Part shown: positions 8,512-17,851 of the stretch, piece after piece | How positions within the stretch are numbered: the first letter of the stretch is position 1 | Layout of the letters: every line of letters starts with the position of its first letter | Source of the DNA: Bacilli bacterium | GTDB taxonomy: Bacteria > Bacillota_I > Bacilli_A > RFN20 > CAG-826 | Assembly (NCBI GenBank): GCA_017635565.1 | Contig: JAGBLE010000010.1 | Coordinates: 21,833 to 85,832 of the forward strand | Direction of reading: 5' to 3' | DNA length: 64,000 nucleotides | Made by a program: the position numbers and the translations under genes | The notes under the pieces: generated by a model | The model's input: the letters and a program-made list of their open reading frames with translations, nothing else | Database searches by the model: none | What the model was told of the DNA's origin: nothing

Positions 8512-10392
8512 TCAACCATTAATCATAATTTGAAAACTATTTTCTTCTTTCTCGCTATATCCAACTACCACTACTGAATCGACATAATCTTTATATTGAT
8601 AAGCATATACTCCTTTAGTTAAAGAGAAAGACCACGTTCCCTTAATAGTGGCTTCGATATTTTTGGATTTTAGTCTAAAAGTATGTTCGTCTATTATTTC
8701 AATTTTAATCTCTGGATGAATTGGCAAATATAATTTACAGTTATTTTTCATCCCACTAACTCGATCGATGATTGATATTTCTTTTTCGCTTAATCTAATT
8801 TCTCGACTGTGCTTAAGCGAATTTTTGTCTTCATCAAAATAATTAATTTCTCCGCTTATTGTTTTATTCCCTATTTTGATTTTGCTTTCATTCAATTTAG
8901 TTTCCCAATCAAACATTGAGTCAAAAGATGAAGGAGGGAATATTCTTTGTTCATTATCATCAATTGAGACTGTTGAATGGTTTTTAATCGTTCTAAAAAG
9001 ATTTCTTTTCTCTTCGCTTGATGTGTATTCTCCAGTTCCTGGATCAGTAATAAATTCTTTGTTATTAATTTTTAAAACAAACGAAAGAATATCGTTATGA
9101 GCGTGACCAGGCATTTGATTTATTTCAGGGATAGAAGCAGTAAAAAGAAGAGAATATAAATCGTTTTTATAGACCGCTATTTTAGAATGCTCATATAAAG
9201 ATAATTCTTTTGCTTCATATTTATATTCATCTTTTGATGAAACAAAAATAAATCCACCACTATTAATAAGATATTGATAATCAAACATTTGATTAGTGGC
9301 TAATGGCAATAAAGCATTTAAATAGAAAGAATGATTAGAATCATTTTCTAAAAATAATTGAAACACTCTCCCACTATCATTATCAGCAAGCTTACTAACC
9401 AAATGATTGCCATCCATGATATTGATTGTGAATTCACACATCTTTTTGATTAATTCCTTTTCTTGTTCATCCACTTTAAAGCCAAGTTTCAACAAAGGAA
9501 TAAGAGTAAAGGCAATTATTTCACCGGTTAATCTCTGATAAGAAGTTGATCCTTCAAAATCTACTCCATCAGGCAATATTTGTCTTTTGATTTCTTTGTG
9601 TGTTTCATTAATAACAAAATCAATATCTTTCTTATTAAATAAATATGGATAAGAGGCGTATCCTACTGCTAAACCTAATAAGTCACCCAAATAATGGTTA
9701 TTTGGATTTCTTTTATTCTCTAAATTCTTTTTAATATGTACTACGTGTTCATAAGTTAATCGAATAAGTGCTTTCCTATTTTTTAAATAGGCTTTTGAAT
9801 CTTGAACTAATTCAGTCGCTAAAATGATATTTGCAAGTCGAATCCCCACTTCCATCGATATATCCCAATTGACTCCAGAGTTATATGGGTTTTCTTTTCT
9901 AAAATCATTTACTATTTCAAAAATCTTAGAAGCATATTTTTCTTCTTTGTTAATGCGAAACGCCATCGCTAAAGAAAATAGATATTCCATCCTTGATATT
10001 TCCCAAGGAACCTTAATATCAAATCCAGTTCCCGGAACATTAACTTTTCTAGCGTCTAAATAAAAGCAATCTTTAAACTTATAAGAAGCATAAAAATCAT
10101 AATTCCAAATGTAATGCTTATTTTTCACATCATAAACATCATCTCGAATTTTATTCAGAATTAAGAATTTATTATTTAATGTCAATTCCACCATATCTAA
10201 GACTTTTTCTTTTAAAGATTTCTCAGAGTTTAACATTAAAGAAATATCTTCTAATGAATTTGCTAAATAAACATTTAAACAAGAATTCTTTTTAGGATTA
10301 ATAAAAAGTAAATGGCAATCATGAAAAGAAAGACCAAGAATTCTTTTTAAGTGATAATTAAACTTATCGATGAGATGGTTATTCTTTTTCAT
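8512..10392 (-). CDS. heparinase II/III-like (alginate-lyase-type toroid plus beta-sandwich) protein, no signal peptide
   Basis: 626 aa. NPNNHYLGDLLGL lies in the helical N-terminal half and PGHAHNDILSF in the C-terminal half, both typical of heparinase II/III family proteins. The N-terminus is hydrophilic. Confidence 0.6.
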   Translation of the reverse strand: MKKNNHLIDKFNYHLKRILGLSFHDCHLLFINPKKNSCLNVYLANSLEDISLMLNSEKSLKEKVLDMVELTLNNKFLILNKIRDDVYDVKNKHYIWNYDFYASYKFKDCFYLDARKVNVPGTGFDIKVPWEISRMEYLFSLAMAFRINKEEKYASKIFEIVNDFRKENPYNSGVNWDISMEVGIRLANIILATELVQDSKAYLKNRKALIRLTYEHVVHIKKNLENKRNPNNHYLGDLLGLAVGYASYPYLFNKKDIDFVINETHKEIKRQILPDGVDFEGSTSYQRLTGEIIAFTLIPLLKLGFKVDEQEKELIKKMCEFTINIMDGNHLVSKLADNDSGRVFQLFLENDSNHSFYLNALLPLATNQMFDYQYLINSGGFIFVSSKDEYKYEAKELSLYEHSKIAVYKNDLYSLLFTASIPEINQMPGHAHNDILSFVLKINNKEFITDPGTGEYTSSEEKRNLFRTIKNHSTVSIDDNEQRIFPPSSFDSMFDWETKLNESKIKIGNKTISGEINYFDEDKNSLKHSREIRLSEKEISIIDRVSGMKNNCKLYLPIHPEIKIEIIDEHTFRLKSKNIEATIKGTWSFSLTKGVYAYQYKDYVDSVVVVGYSEKEENSFQIMING

Positions 10393-11251
10393 TAGATGGT
10401 TTATATAAACCTTTCATATAATTATCTTCAAAGTTATCTTTATTGATATACTTATCAAACATTGAATTACTGATTTCATATAGTAAAAGAAGGTAAATTG
10501 GTAAGACAAAAACTGCTAAAACGATTTGAATAAGAGAAAGAATATATGTTGTTGAACCAAGTAAAGATAAGGCATATATCGACCCTAATGGAACAATACT
10601 TAATAAAATAAATTGCCACCAATAATGGACAAATAATTTAGCAGCGTTATTAATACACTGAAATACATTAGCCTCATATATCGAAGTAAAAATTAAGGCG
10701 ATAATAAATATTGGAGCGACAACGATTGCTAAAAAGATATATAAAGGAATTCCAATTAAATATTCTAAGAAGAATGTTGATAAGAACCTCACTATGGTGA
10801 GAATAATTCCAAAAAAGAAGCAAATTAAGAATGTATTTAAATAATTTTGTTTAATTCCTAATTTAAAATCTTCTTTAAAGACCACTCCTTCTCCATAAAC
10901 CATTAATTTAATAATTCGATTAGCCCCACTTAAACTTATAGCGAACACTGATAATAAAATTGTGGATATACCAGAAGAACCAATTGTTAAATATAAAAAT
11001 GCACTATCATATTCGGCTTTGGATATGTTTCCAGATGCATAAAGATCATAAAAGCCATTTTCAAAAAAGTTTTTAAAATAAACATTAATGATAATTGGCA
11101 AAAGAGAAAGCATAAGTATCAGACCCAAAAGGAATAATGTCCAATATTGGTTTTTTAAAATAAAGAAAAACTGATCTTTCCTTGTTTGAGGAAGCTGTAA
11201 CTCCAAAAAATCAGTCGCACTAAATTTAATCTTTCTTTTCATATTGTTCAC
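10379..11251 (-). CDS. polytopic membrane protein (about 6 TM), unknown function, possibly YesL/DUF624-like
   Basis: Six long hydrophobic segments. The track start at 11251 is GTG and an ATG lies at 11242. It overlaps both neighbours. Confidence 0.5.
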   Translation of the reverse strand: MNNMKRKIKFSATDFLELQLPQTRKDQFFFILKNQYWTLFLLGLILMLSLLPIIINVYFKNFFENGFYDLYASGNISKAEYDSAFLYLTIGSSGISTILLSVFAISLSGANRIIKLMVYGEGVVFKEDFKLGIKQNYLNTFLICFFFGIILTIVRFLSTFFLEYLIGIPLYIFLAIVVAPIFIIALIFTSIYEANVFQCINNAAKLFVHYWWQFILLSIVPLGSIYALSLLGSTTYILSLIQIVLAVFVLPIYLLLLYEISNSMFDKYINKDNFEDNYMKGLYKPSNEKE

Positions 11252-11963
11252 TACTGATTAAAGCTTTTACAAACTCATTATTTGAAGAGAGTAACTTCTT
11301 TTGACTTCCTTTTTCAACAAATTTACCATCTTCCATAACATAAAACACATCGCCAATTAAGGCTGCTTCCGAAAAAGAATGAGTCACATAAATAATTGTG
11401 AGTTTCATTGTTTTATTTAATTCTTTAATAAAATTTAAGATGTCTTGCTTAATTGCGGGATCTAAGTGACTTACTGGTTCATCCATCAAAACCACGCTTG
11501 GATTACTGACAAGTTCTCTTGCAAGCATTGCTCTTTGCTGTTGACCGATAGAAAGATATCGACCCCTAACATTTAAGCAATGTTCGATTTTGAATTTCTT
11601 CGCAATATCTCTAACTTTGGTTAATATTTCTTCTCGAGGAAGTTTCTTATTTTTTAAAGGAAAGGCAATATTATCAAATATCGTCATATGTGGATATAGA
11701 TTAATGTGTTGGCTGATATATGCCATATTCCTTTTTTCTGTTGGAATATCATAGATATCTTTATCATCAAAAAAGATATCCCCATCATATTCAAGAATTC
11801 CAAGCATTGCCTTTAATAAAGTGGTTTTCCCACATCCAGAAGGACCAACGATAACACTTATTTGATTAGATGGGAAAAAATCAGTCATTTCTTCAATGAC
11901 AAGATTTTCATTTTTACCTTTTCCATAATAGGCATATAGTTCCACTAATCGAATTTTTGGCAT
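11226..11963 (-). CDS. ABC transporter ATP-binding protein, MalK-type NBD only (no C-terminal regulatory domain)
   Basis: Walker A GPSGCGKTT, Q-loop ISQHINLYPHMT, variant signature LSIGQQQR, Walker B VVLMDEP. 245 aa. Confidence 0.8.
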   Translation of the reverse strand: MPKIRLVELYAYYGKGKNENLVIEEMTDFFPSNQISVIVGPSGCGKTTLLKAMLGILEYDGDIFFDDKDIYDIPTEKRNMAYISQHINLYPHMTIFDNIAFPLKNKKLPREEILTKVRDIAKKFKIEHCLNVRGRYLSIGQQQRAMLARELVSNPSVVLMDEPVSHLDPAIKQDILNFIKELNKTMKLTIIYVTHSFSEAALIGDVFYVMEDGKFVEKGSQKKLLSSNNEFVKALISSEQYEKKD

Positions 11964-11964
11964 T

Positions 11965-14289
11965 TTAAATTTTTGTTAATTTATAAATTCTTGTTCCAAA
12001 ATCAAACATAATACGCTTTGGATTGCTATTACCGCCAATCCATTCATAATATAGTCTCACTCCAGAATCTTCTAAAGTTGATCCCTTGACATTATATTCT
12101 TGGACTTCACATTTTAATGGCTCGACTTTATCGATATCTTCATCATTATATTCATATACTTTTTCAGTATCTTTGATTTCTTTAAAATGAGAATTCCCTT
12201 CAGTGAAATCAAAATATTGTTGTCGAGTTTTAAAATTATAAACATAATCTCGAGATAATCCTAATGGTTTTGCATATACTGGTCTGGCGTATAATTCTTG
12301 AACATCGTTACCAATGAAATAAATCGCCTCTTTTTGATCTTTACTAACAATTGAGAATTGGAAGTGATTACTATCAAAGATAGAAGAAATCTTATAAAAT
12401 TTTCCAAATTGTAGTAATTGACGATTTTCTTTATACCATTTGATTTGTTCCTTAACCGCTTTAGCGTCCACTAAAGTAAGCTTTCTCATATCTAATTCAT
12501 AACCAAAAGCCCCAATACAGGCAACATTAAATCGATTGTCAATAAAACTTTTACGTCCAGTTTGAAGATTTGGTGAACTCGATACGTGAGCCCCAATACA
12601 AGATTGAGGATAGCAATATAACGTTCCTTCTTGAATTTTCATCCTGTCATATGAATCTGTATTATCACTGCACCAGAATTGAGGAGAGTAGCATAATATA
12701 CCCATATCAACGCGATTACCGCCTCCTGCACATGATTCAAATAAAACATGAGGATAACGTTCAGTTAATGTTTTAATCAATCGATAAAGACCAATTATAT
12801 AACGATGAAATAATTCGCCTTGATTTTCTAAATGAGCGGAATAAGCATCGACAATGTCACGATTGCAATCCCATTTAAGATAGTCGAGTTGAGCAAGTTC
12901 AATTTGTTTTGATATTGTTTCAATTAAGTAATCAACAACTTCATCTCTAGTTAAATCTAAAACATATCTGGAAATAGCACAGAGAGGTTTATATTGAGGA
13001 TGTTCAATAATCCAATCAGGATGAGTTTTAATTAATTCACTATCAGTAGCGATCATTTCTGGTTCAAACCATAAACCAAAATTCATTTCAACTTCTTCTT
13101 TGATACGCTTAGATAATCCCTCAATTCCGTGAGGCAATTTATTTAAATTAGCAAACCAATCGCCTACATAAGTTCCGTTTTCCTTTTTATTTCCATACCA
13201 TCCATCATCTAAAACAAATGTTTCAATTCCAAATTTTTTTGCGGCTTTAGCCATTTCGACAAGCATCTCTTCATCAAAGTTTTTATGGACTCCTTCCCAA
13301 GTATTAATTAAAAGTGGGCGAACTCTATTTTTGTAATATCCACGAACGATGTTTTCATTGATGAAAGTGTGATAATTATTTGTTAATCCATTCGTTCCTT
13401 TTGAAGAGAAACAAATTGTGGCTTCTGGTGAAAAGAATGTTTCTCCACTATGTAAGTTCCACGAGAATGTTGAATCATTAATTCCGTTCATCACTCTCAC
13501 TTTGCTATAGCTGTTTCTCACTAAGTAAGCAGCGTGATTACCGGAATATATGAGATTAAATCCATAACATTCTCCACTAGTTACTGTTGTATTTTTTTCT
13601 TTTAAAACGAAGAAAGGATTTGTTCTAGTACTACTAAATCCGTATTTAGAATCAATTTTTAAAGTTCCAAATCCTAATGGATTGGTTTTGATTTGTCTTT
13701 CTTTAGCCCACGCTCCAGTAAGAGTGTCCACTAAATAATCTTTATCGACTAAGTCGACTTGGTTTGACATAAATCGTTCAAGTCTAATTAAAGTTTCACC
13801 ATTATTAGTGATTGATGCACTTTTAGTAATGACATCGACATCTTTATAAGTTGAATAATATAATTTGACTTCTAATTTTTTGGATTTATCGATTAAAACA
13901 ATTACTAAAGTTTCTTCTTTATTTAAAGCGGTTGGAAGTTCTTTGATATCAAAATTATGAATCAATTCATAATGGTCAAACAGGAATTCACATTCACGAT
14001 CTTCATTTAATGAAGACAATTCAATAAATACTTCCCGATGATCTCCACGAAAACGATTAGAAAACTCACTAGAAGCAGTGTCATTATAAATTTGATATTG
14101 TCCATCTTCACTGACATCTTGAACACCTGCGCCATAAAGGTTTTGCTCTTCTAAAAATTTATAATCTGGTGCATCTTCAATTCTTTTTCCATAATATATA
14201 TTTTCCAAAGTTCCGATTGGATTAACTTTGAATAAATAAGTGCTATTAGGAGTGTCTATTTTAAAGTAATTATCTTGAATTTTAATCAT
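11965..14289 (-). CDS. GH36 family alpha-galactosidase / alpha-N-acetylgalactosaminidase
   Basis: 774 aa. YLKWDCNRD (nucleophile region), ESCAGGGNRVD and WCSDNTDSYDR are canonical GH36 motifs. No signal peptide. GAGGT RBS. Confidence 0.85.
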   Translation of the reverse strand: MIKIQDNYFKIDTPNSTYLFKVNPIGTLENIYYGKRIEDAPDYKFLEEQNLYGAGVQDVSEDGQYQIYNDTASSEFSNRFRGDHREVFIELSSLNEDRECEFLFDHYELIHNFDIKELPTALNKEETLVIVLIDKSKKLEVKLYYSTYKDVDVITKSASITNNGETLIRLERFMSNQVDLVDKDYLVDTLTGAWAKERQIKTNPLGFGTLKIDSKYGFSSTRTNPFFVLKEKNTTVTSGECYGFNLIYSGNHAAYLVRNSYSKVRVMNGINDSTFSWNLHSGETFFSPEATICFSSKGTNGLTNNYHTFINENIVRGYYKNRVRPLLINTWEGVHKNFDEEMLVEMAKAAKKFGIETFVLDDGWYGNKKENGTYVGDWFANLNKLPHGIEGLSKRIKEEVEMNFGLWFEPEMIATDSELIKTHPDWIIEHPQYKPLCAISRYVLDLTRDEVVDYLIETISKQIELAQLDYLKWDCNRDIVDAYSAHLENQGELFHRYIIGLYRLIKTLTERYPHVLFESCAGGGNRVDMGILCYSPQFWCSDNTDSYDRMKIQEGTLYCYPQSCIGAHVSSSPNLQTGRKSFIDNRFNVACIGAFGYELDMRKLTLVDAKAVKEQIKWYKENRQLLQFGKFYKISSIFDSNHFQFSIVSKDQKEAIYFIGNDVQELYARPVYAKPLGLSRDYVYNFKTRQQYFDFTEGNSHFKEIKDTEKVYEYNDEDIDKVEPLKCEVQEYNVKGSTLEDSGVRLYYEWIGGNSNPKRIMFDFGTRIYKLTKI

Positions 14290-14290
14290 C

Positions 14291-15946
14291 CTATTTGACC
14301 TCGATTTCTATACTTTCATTTTCTTTTTCAATTTCGTATTCAGTCGCAATGAATCCTGGGGTTAAAAAGAATATTTCTTCTTTTTTCTTCAGTTTACCTT
14401 TATTTATTTTAACTTCCCCACTAATTAAAGGGAATAGAAGCGGGGAATCAATTCTTAGATTATTGATTTTAATAATGACTCTATCATCGCTAATAACGTA
14501 TTCAATATCGAATTGGGAATTAGCTAAAAATTCACCATCTCGAGACATTAATCCACACCCAAAATGAAGGCCACCCAACTTTTTCACCTTAGTGTAATAA
14601 CAAGATGAATAAATTTTTCTATTTTCTTTTACTTCAATTCGAGGAAGTAATGGTCGATGGGTTTTCAATTTAAGAGGGACTTGCATATTTGTTGGCTCGG
14701 TTAATTGATATTCTCCAACACTTCCCATAATTAATGGTCCATCTTTACGAGAATATAGCATTGATAGAGTCGCTCCTGAGGCGTGACCACTATAGGAGAT
14801 GTTATTATCATAACAAGTGATATCTAAAAGATAATTCTTATTTCCGATTCGATAAGAATCAAATTCTGGATAATACTTGTTATATTCTAAATCGCTAAAT
14901 AAGGCGACTTCTTGATTGTTAATCGGTATTTCTTCTAAGTGATCAACCGCGTAAGCAATAGAATTTAAATGTTCAAATGTTTGATGGATACAAGGTTTTT
15001 CTAAATGTCTAAAATACATTGGACCACCATATAAATATCCATCATGTGTACATTCTCTAATTAATCTTGTATTTCTTTTAGCGGCTTCATAAAATAGAGG
15101 ATTTCTTTTTCCAAATATGAAACACATTGGAATAATTCCATCACAAGTTCGAGAACCATAATATGTCCATTTATAATTTCGACAAGAGAAGCTATTATCA
15201 ATTGCTCCATCAGGAAGAATAAATTCTAAATGGGCCAAAGAAACTTCATATAATTTAGAAAGCATGCCTTCGTTTTTACTTAAATAAGCGTATTTGCTTA
15301 AGGCTGGCAAAGTTTCTTCTAAGTTATAACCGATATCAATCGCATAACATCCTCTTTCGGTAACCGCAGAATGTGGTTTTCCTTCTCCAAAAAGAAGATT
15401 GTTAGTTGAAATATGTTTTAAAACATAATCTGCCAAATAGGAGGCTTTAGACAGATATTCCTTATTGCCTAAATAAGAACTTGATAAAAATAAGGCTAAA
15501 ACATTATTGGCAGGATAATTGATGTTCGTATAAGAATTCTCATCTAAATTATTAAATAACCATTTCGAATGAATTTTAACCCCTCCTTCTAGGCGAGAGA
15601 CTATATCACGAGGCAGAATATCTTTACATGAATTTAGAGTTTCAACGATATCGATAACATAAAAGACGGTTGTGTATCTCCAGTCAGTTTGTAAATCGTT
15701 ATATATTCCACCATCATCACATATTAAATTTTTTGAATAATCTAATAAGCCTCTAATAGCGTCGAGATATTTTTCATCTTTAAAAGTTTTATAGGCGATT
15801 GATAAGCCATATATCGCATCAATACATCGGCCATGAATTACTTTGCAAGATGAACAAAAAAGACCACCACCAAGTGATGGAAATTGCGAATTAATTAATG
15901 AGTCCGCAAATTGTCTTAATAAATCGATGTAGTCTTTTTTATACAT
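14291..15946 (-). CDS. conserved hypothetical cytoplasmic protein, Cys-rich, probably a helical toroid
   Basis: 551-aa intact ORF packed in the operon. It has N-terminal CSSCKVIHGRC and later conserved-looking Cys/His residues. I do not recognise any family signature. Confidence 0.4.
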   Translation of the reverse strand: MYKKDYIDLLRQFADSLINSQFPSLGGGLFCSSCKVIHGRCIDAIYGLSIAYKTFKDEKYLDAIRGLLDYSKNLICDDGGIYNDLQTDWRYTTVFYVIDIVETLNSCKDILPRDIVSRLEGGVKIHSKWLFNNLDENSYTNINYPANNVLALFLSSSYLGNKEYLSKASYLADYVLKHISTNNLLFGEGKPHSAVTERGCYAIDIGYNLEETLPALSKYAYLSKNEGMLSKLYEVSLAHLEFILPDGAIDNSFSCRNYKWTYYGSRTCDGIIPMCFIFGKRNPLFYEAAKRNTRLIRECTHDGYLYGGPMYFRHLEKPCIHQTFEHLNSIAYAVDHLEEIPINNQEVALFSDLEYNKYYPEFDSYRIGNKNYLLDITCYDNNISYSGHASGATLSMLYSRKDGPLIMGSVGEYQLTEPTNMQVPLKLKTHRPLLPRIEVKENRKIYSSCYYTKVKKLGGLHFGCGLMSRDGEFLANSQFDIEYVISDDRVIIKINNLRIDSPLLFPLISGEVKINKGKLKKKEEIFFLTPGFIATEYEIEKENESIEIEVK

Positions 15947-15951
15947 TTTGT

Positions 15952-17838
15952 TTAGTTAATAACAACATTAACACCATCAATGCTGGTATATCTATATCCA
16001 ACATAATTTAAACTCTTACATTTAATGGTGACATTACTATAAACATTGCCTGATACGTTTTTACCAAAAATTGAGAAGATGTTGAAATCAGGGACATTGA
16101 TTGTGATATCAGTAATTACTGAGTAATTAAATACTTCAGTACTAAATAAGCCAACTGAATCATAAGGTCCACCTCCACCAGTGCCATCTTTTTTTAATCG
16201 ATCAGTAACACTATCAGGAGCTAATTCTAATTTGATGTTAGAAACTGTAATTCCAGACATAAATCTTCCAAGTAGGCAGTGACCTAAATCGTTATCTACT
16301 TGTCTCACTTGATAATGAATATTTGAATAATTAAAGTTTTTAATAACCGCCCCAGTACCGACCATAATAAATAGTCCATACATCGTGCTTCTAAAGTTGG
16401 AAAGTGTATGACCCCTTCCATCAAAGATTCCTTTAAACCCAAAGTTATAATCAATAGTTGGGATAGGAATATATTCTCCAGGAGAATATCTATTCGCAAA
16501 ATCAATATCATTTCCTAAAATATATTGACCATAAATTGCTTCATTAGCATCAATTTGTCTTAAATATGTTATAAATTCATCAACAGTTCCAATTGCTTTA
16601 GTGATGAAATTAACCATATAAGCGTAGGTATATAGCGCATCAGCGCTTTCAAAAGTCAATTCGACTAGTTTGTTTCCATAATCCATGACTGAGAATAACG
16701 AAGATTTTAAAGTTACTTCACGAGTCGAAGTGTTATAGGTAAGTGTTGAACTTGTGAATGAATATGGTTGACCACCAACATATAAATCAGTGACACCAAG
16801 TAAATTAACTGATCCTGGAACAGTTAAGACTTTATTCTTATTAGTTGCAGAATATGTTCTTCTTTTGGTTCCGACAGTTACTTGCATATTTAAATCGAAA
16901 TCAGGATCAGCAAGTTCCACTCTTTCTTTAGAAAGGACTGGCTTATATACAGTAGCTTTAACATCAATGCTTTCATCTAAATATGAAATTCTAATTATTG
17001 ATTCTCCCCTGGCGTTAGGAATCAAATCTTTTGTTGTTGAATTGATACTTAATACTGATGGGTTTGTGAAAGTAATATCTAATGAATCAAAAGGAACGAC
17101 TTCTCCGGTTTTTAAAACGATAATATCATCGCGAAGATTAATTTTATGTTCATCATATTGATACATTGAAATGTTATAAGCTGGTCCATTTTCATCATAG
17201 AAGAGTTCGTGTCCACAAATAACCAAGCCACTATTCTCACAAGTGGTGACTTTTAATCTTTTAGAGAGAGTAAATCCTGAAAATTCTGTATAAACAGTAT
17301 ATTCATCAACTCCATTATTTAATCCAGTAACAATTAAAGAGGAGTCATTAACTTCAATAGAAGAAGCGTTGTTATTTGTTTCTTTTGTGACCTTTATTTC
17401 GCCTATATGTTCTTTGACATCCACTCCTCGATAAGTGAGGTTAGTGTCAATCTTGAAACTAGAGTTTTTATAAACAGAAACATCTTGGTTTGATAAAGAG
17501 AAATATGGAACAGTGCTATCTTTTCTAACATTAACAGTGACTGTATATTTCATCGCTGGAGAAGTAAAATGCGCTAAAGTGGTTCCTTCATTAATATTAG
17601 TGATGAATTGACCATCGAAATATTTAACAAGTTCTTCGTTATCAATTTCGACTTCAAATTTTGTTTTTGTTGATGGGACATAATCCTTTGTTTCAAACAA
17701 ACCCAAATATACTTCATCAGTAAAATCAGTGTTTTCTTCTGGTGGAGGAACGATTTGTTGCCCACTAGTAGAACTACACCCGCTTAGGGCCACTAACATA
17801 AGAGGAATTATCGCAATTAAACCAAATTTCTTTTTCAT
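15952..17838 (-). CDS. surface lipoprotein P1: Ig-like domains plus one C-terminal short beta-solenoid module
   Basis: Signal peptide with lipobox LSG-C. AGGAGGT RBS. The module (nt ~16003-16443) starts with FKGIFDGRGHTLSNF, followed by rungs VIKNFNY / ITVSNIKL / VITDITI / VYSNVTI. Confidence 0.7.
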   Translation of the reverse strand: MKKKFGLIAIIPLMLVALSGCSSTSGQQIVPPPEENTDFTDEVYLGLFETKDYVPSTKTKFEVEIDNEELVKYFDGQFITNINEGTTLAHFTSPAMKYTVTVNVRKDSTVPYFSLSNQDVSVYKNSSFKIDTNLTYRGVDVKEHIGEIKVTKETNNNASSIEVNDSSLIVTGLNNGVDEYTVYTEFSGFTLSKRLKVTTCENSGLVICGHELFYDENGPAYNISMYQYDEHKINLRDDIIVLKTGEVVPFDSLDITFTNPSVLSINSTTKDLIPNARGESIIRISYLDESIDVKATVYKPVLSKERVELADPDFDLNMQVTVGTKRRTYSATNKNKVLTVPGSVNLLGVTDLYVGGQPYSFTSSTLTYNTSTREVTLKSSLFSVMDYGNKLVELTFESADALYTYAYMVNFITKAIGTVDEFITYLRQIDANEAIYGQYILGNDIDFANRYSPGEYIPIPTIDYNFGFKGIFDGRGHTLSNFRSTMYGLFIMVGTGAVIKNFNYSNIHYQVRQVDNDLGHCLLGRFMSGITVSNIKLELAPDSVTDRLKKDGTGGGGPYDSVGLFSTEVFNYSVITDITINVPDFNIFSIFGKNVSGNVYSNVTIKCKSLNYVGYRYTSIDGVNVVIN

Positions 17839-17851
17839 TGTATGTTACCTC

